From: Octopus bimaculoides
Lineage: Eukaryota
Reading direction: 5' to 3'
Length of the DNA stretch: 64,000 nucleotides
Assembly: GCF_001194135.2 (NCBI RefSeq)
Contig: NC_068984.1
Span: forward strand, 82,495,270-82,559,269
Shown: positions 60,950 to 64,000 of the stretch, piece after piece
Position numbering within the stretch: position 1 is the first letter of the stretch
Layout: every line of letters begins with the position of its first letter
Notes under the pieces: model-generated
Told to the model about the DNA's origin: nothing
Seen by the model: only the letters and a program-made list of their open reading frames with translations
Databases searched by the model: none
Position numbers and translations under genes: made by a program

Positions 60950-61300
60950 TTTTAGGTACTGGTGTGTATCTGCTTTTGTAATAAATATCAGTTGTGATTG
61001 AGGTGTTGTTTTTAATTACCATTATGTCAAGAAATGGTAATTGTGTGTTGCTCATTTCTCTTGTGAATTTAAGACTAGGGTGTATATTATTGAGGAGGGT
61101 GCTGAATTCTTCCAGATTTTCTATGGATTTGGTCCAAATTAGGAAACAATCATTGCGGTATATTTTCCATGTGTCCTCTATATGTCTGTTAGAGGTCATG
61201 CCGTAGTTCTCTTCAATTTTTTAAATATAGGTTTTGTTCCAAGTATCCCAATACTGAGTTCACGAAAACTGGAGCAAATCATGTCCCCATGTCAGTTGAA
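60950..61300 (-). mobile_element. Penelope-like retroelement RT fragment
   Basis: MGT.FAPVFVNSVLGYLEQ then WKIYRNDCFLIW...LEEFSTLLNNIHPSLKFTREMS...LPFLDIMV...TDIYYK; this corresponds to the PLE RT pattern RY.DD.F.IW...LN..HP.IKFT.E...LPFLD. Confidence 0.82.
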
Positions 61301-61423
61301 CACATTTGAAATCTGATGAGTACACTATGTATGAAAGCACTGTGTTAAAATACCATAATAGAAAACGTGAAAACCAGACTATGTTTTAACTTTATTCAAC
61401 TGATATATACATATATATACACA

Positions 61424-61640
61424 TAGTACTGTGAAAAAGTCTTCAGCCACTTTAAACTTTTGTAAATTTTTACTAATTGCCAACTTATAAGTGGATGTTT
61501 CGCATCGCGTTTTTACAGATGAAACATTGGCCCTGTTGGAGTCATTTCAATACCTCATATTTTGTAGGAGTTCTCAATGAGAGGGGAAGATGAGAGAAGA
61601 CCACCAAAAATGGCTGGGCAAAAGCCTTCGGCCACCTCAC
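61424..61640 (+). mobile_element. Possible Tc1 5' end fragment
   Basis: tagtactgtgaaaaagtcttcagccac resembles Tc1 TIRs (CAGTACTGTGCAAAAGT...). No partner TIR was found. Confidence 0.35.
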
Positions 61641-61759
61641 ATAAAATGATCAAGATACAGTGTTTTAAAACAGAAAAATGTCTATAATGAAAATTTATTA
61701 CATAAAGTTCATTTCAAGAAGTTACTGTACATTGTTAAAATTTGTGTGGTATGTGCTGG

Positions 61760-62250
61760 TGGTATGTAAAAGTACCCTGGTGTCATACAAATGGCATCTG
61801 TGCCAGTGACATGTAAAAGCACCCATTGCACTCTCAGAGTGGTCAGTGGTAGGAAGGGCATCCAGCTGTAGAATACTATGCCAAATCAGACTGCAGACTG
61901 GTGCAGCCTTCCAGCATGCCATCCCAGTCAAACTGTCTAACCCATGCCAGCATGGTCACTGGATGTTAAATGATGATGATGATGATGAATTCCTGGTGAC
62001 GCATTGTGTCCCTGTGCTGACACTTTATTTCATGTTGCTCCAGTTCACTCAGCTGGCCAAAATTATTAGGACCTGTATTTCAAAGGGCCAGCCTTGTCAC
62101 ATTCTGTGTCACACTGAATCTTCCTGGGAACTATATTAAGGGTACATATGGCTGTGGAGTGCTCAGCCACTTGCATTGTTAATTTCATGAGCAGGCTGTT
62201 TCATTGAATGAATCAAGTGGAACCATCGCCATCACAACCAATGGAGTGTC
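61760..62250 (+). mobile_element. Two adjacent SINE segments (RTE-tailed type 61760-61985; core type 62010-62250)
   Basis: Similar to 24150-24400 and to the reverse complement of 46867-47040 respectively. Confidence 0.7.
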
Positions 62251-62281
62251 AGATGCCTGTCTGTCTGTGTGTGTGTGTGTG

Positions 62282-62330
<49 letters not shown>

Positions 62331-62532
62331 TCATGATATTCATGGATGAATTCAATAATTGTGGGTTTTTTCTCTAAATTATATTTTATATATTGTGAAA
62401 TTTAATTTAATTTTAATAAATTAAATTAAATTGAATTTTTCCCTGTAAATTTTTATNNNNNNNNNNNNNNNNNNNNNNNNNNNNNNNNNNNNNNNNNNNN
62501 NNNNNNNNNNNNNNNNNNNNNNNNNNNNNNNN

Positions 62533-62563
<31 letters not shown>

Positions 62564-63223
62564 ACAGTCTAAGGAAACTGGTGACATTGGTAAAAATTGT
62601 TTTTATTGATGTAGATCATTTAAACTTGAATAATTTTACCTTTATCCAATTGCACATGCATGCACACACACACACGCGTGGTAGTGGTAACTGGAAAGTT
62701 CAATGCCTCAAAGTGATCAGTGATGAAACTCTTTTGACTAATGAAGAATTGAGAAAAAAATACAAGTGAATTTATAGGTTGTGTGTTTTCTTTTTGGTGG
62801 TGGGGGATTAGAGATCTTTTTATTTTTATTTATTTATCATCTGCTGGTGCTGGTGGTGTCTGTATACGTATGAAAAAGGCAATGCTCACACTATCCATCC
62901 ATACACGAAACTGATACAGATTTTGCACTGCTGGCTAATTCCTTACATGATGTACAACAAGTAATCTCCCTTGAGATAAGAGCTAACTGCATAGTGCTCT
63001 CCCTGAATGATAAAAAAAAACAGGAGGCTAGGAGACATATCTACGTTTGGGTCTGTTGCTCAATATGTCCCTGTAAAATCTCCATCTCTACTCCAATTTT
63101 TTTGATAAACTCATGTTTATTTCTCCCATTTACTATGTCAGGCTGCCTATGTAATGAGAAATGACAGTGTTGTCTCTTCCATTCATTGAACCATGTAACA
63201 AGGGGTAGCATTGGAACTGACTA

Positions 63224-64000
63224 CACTGGGCAACAAAATATTGTTGCTATCCAGACAAATGGAGCTGTACTAGACTAAATTAAGTACACCGATTCCAAAT
63301 CTGAACTCAGAATTGTTGTAGCACATCAGGATTCTGAGTTATGTGCATAATTATATATTAATACTATATTAGTATCAGAAATAGTTCAGTTCAAGGTAAA
63401 TAATAATTATAATAATACATTAGTACTGTATATAGCATATTTATGTTTAAGGCAAATAATATCATAATATAATGGTACATAGTATATTTATGTTAAGGGA
63501 ATACTCACTCAGCTCATAAATGTTTGAGACGCTTGCTCTTGTGCTTATGCATCATACTGGTCTCCTGTTGTAGGAACCAGCAGTAGTCACCCATCATGTG
63601 TGGATTGAACCAGCCTTGATACCTCATTTCCATCTCAGATATGTCCTGGTAGAACCTCTCCCCATGCTTATAATTAACAGCACCAAGATTTGTCAGAAAA
63701 AAAATTGAGATGAGAATGCAAGAAGTGTATTTTAAGGGACATTTGGCATCCCATTCTTTCATATGCTGTCAGCATGTTGTTTATCAAATCAGCATAGTTT
63801 TCAGCTCTATGATTTCCAAGAAAGTTCTGTACAACTAACATGAATGAATCCCATGCCATCAGCTCAACTGGATTCAGTTTACCTCTGAATTTGCTATCAG
63901 GCATCAGTTCTCTGATCTCGGGTCCAATGAAAATATCCGCTTTCAGTTTTGCTTCACTTTTCTCTGCATCAAATTTTACACATAGGTACTGGAAGCCACA
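63224..64000 (-). mobile_element. CMC/Chapaev(3)-like DNA transposon 3' part, running off the window end
   Basis: EAKLKADIFIGPEIRELM...FLGNHRAENY...CQMSLKIHFLHSHLNFF, then (frameshift) NLGAVNYKHGERFYQDISEMEMRYQG.....MMGDYCWFL. CAC-starting terminus (CACTGGGCAACAAAA) at 63224. Family assignment is from memory of this motif set. Confidence 0.7.

Noticed and set aside
1-64000. CRISPR arrays, rRNA, intronic C/D snoRNAs, prokaryotic or viral systems
   Set aside because: No regularly spaced repeat-spacer array, no rRNA-like sequence and no correctly spaced C/D box pair with terminal stem were seen. The sequence is eukaryotic throughout.

Overview
AT-rich, microsatellite- and SINE-laden animal genomic DNA with spliceosomal introns and seven N gaps. 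The SINE/repeat families look like octopus (coleoid cephalopod) ones; this is recognition from memory, not a search. Three protein-coding loci are supported. (1) The 3' end of CAD on +: seven phase-compatible exons (3138-10180) encoding the end of the linker and the whole aspartate transcarbamylase domain. (2) A complete two-exon class B J-protein (DNAJB1/4/5-type Hsp40, 342 aa) on -, with an 8.2-kb intron. Its compact promoter carries a TATA box, a six-pentamer heat-shock element and a perfect ER-stress element (CCAAT-N9-CCACG) overlapping a UPRE. (3) An intact 423-aa, single-coding-exon, strongly diverged CNOT2 (NOT-box) paralog on -, probably a retrogene. The rest is transposon-derived: pogo, two hAT transposases, mariner, Chapaev-like, Tx1, RTE, RLE-type and Penelope retroelement relics, MITEs with TSDs, a probable non-autonomous Helitron and many tRNA-derived SINEs. 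There are also several long fold-back (inverted-repeat) elements, and an apparent mosaic of CpG-poor and CpG-normal domains. No rRNA, genuine tRNA or CRISPR array was found. The best leads are the CNOT2 paralog, the HSE+ERSE promoter, the hAT horizontal-transfer candidate and the direct-repeat-flanked hairpin near 60.2 kb.
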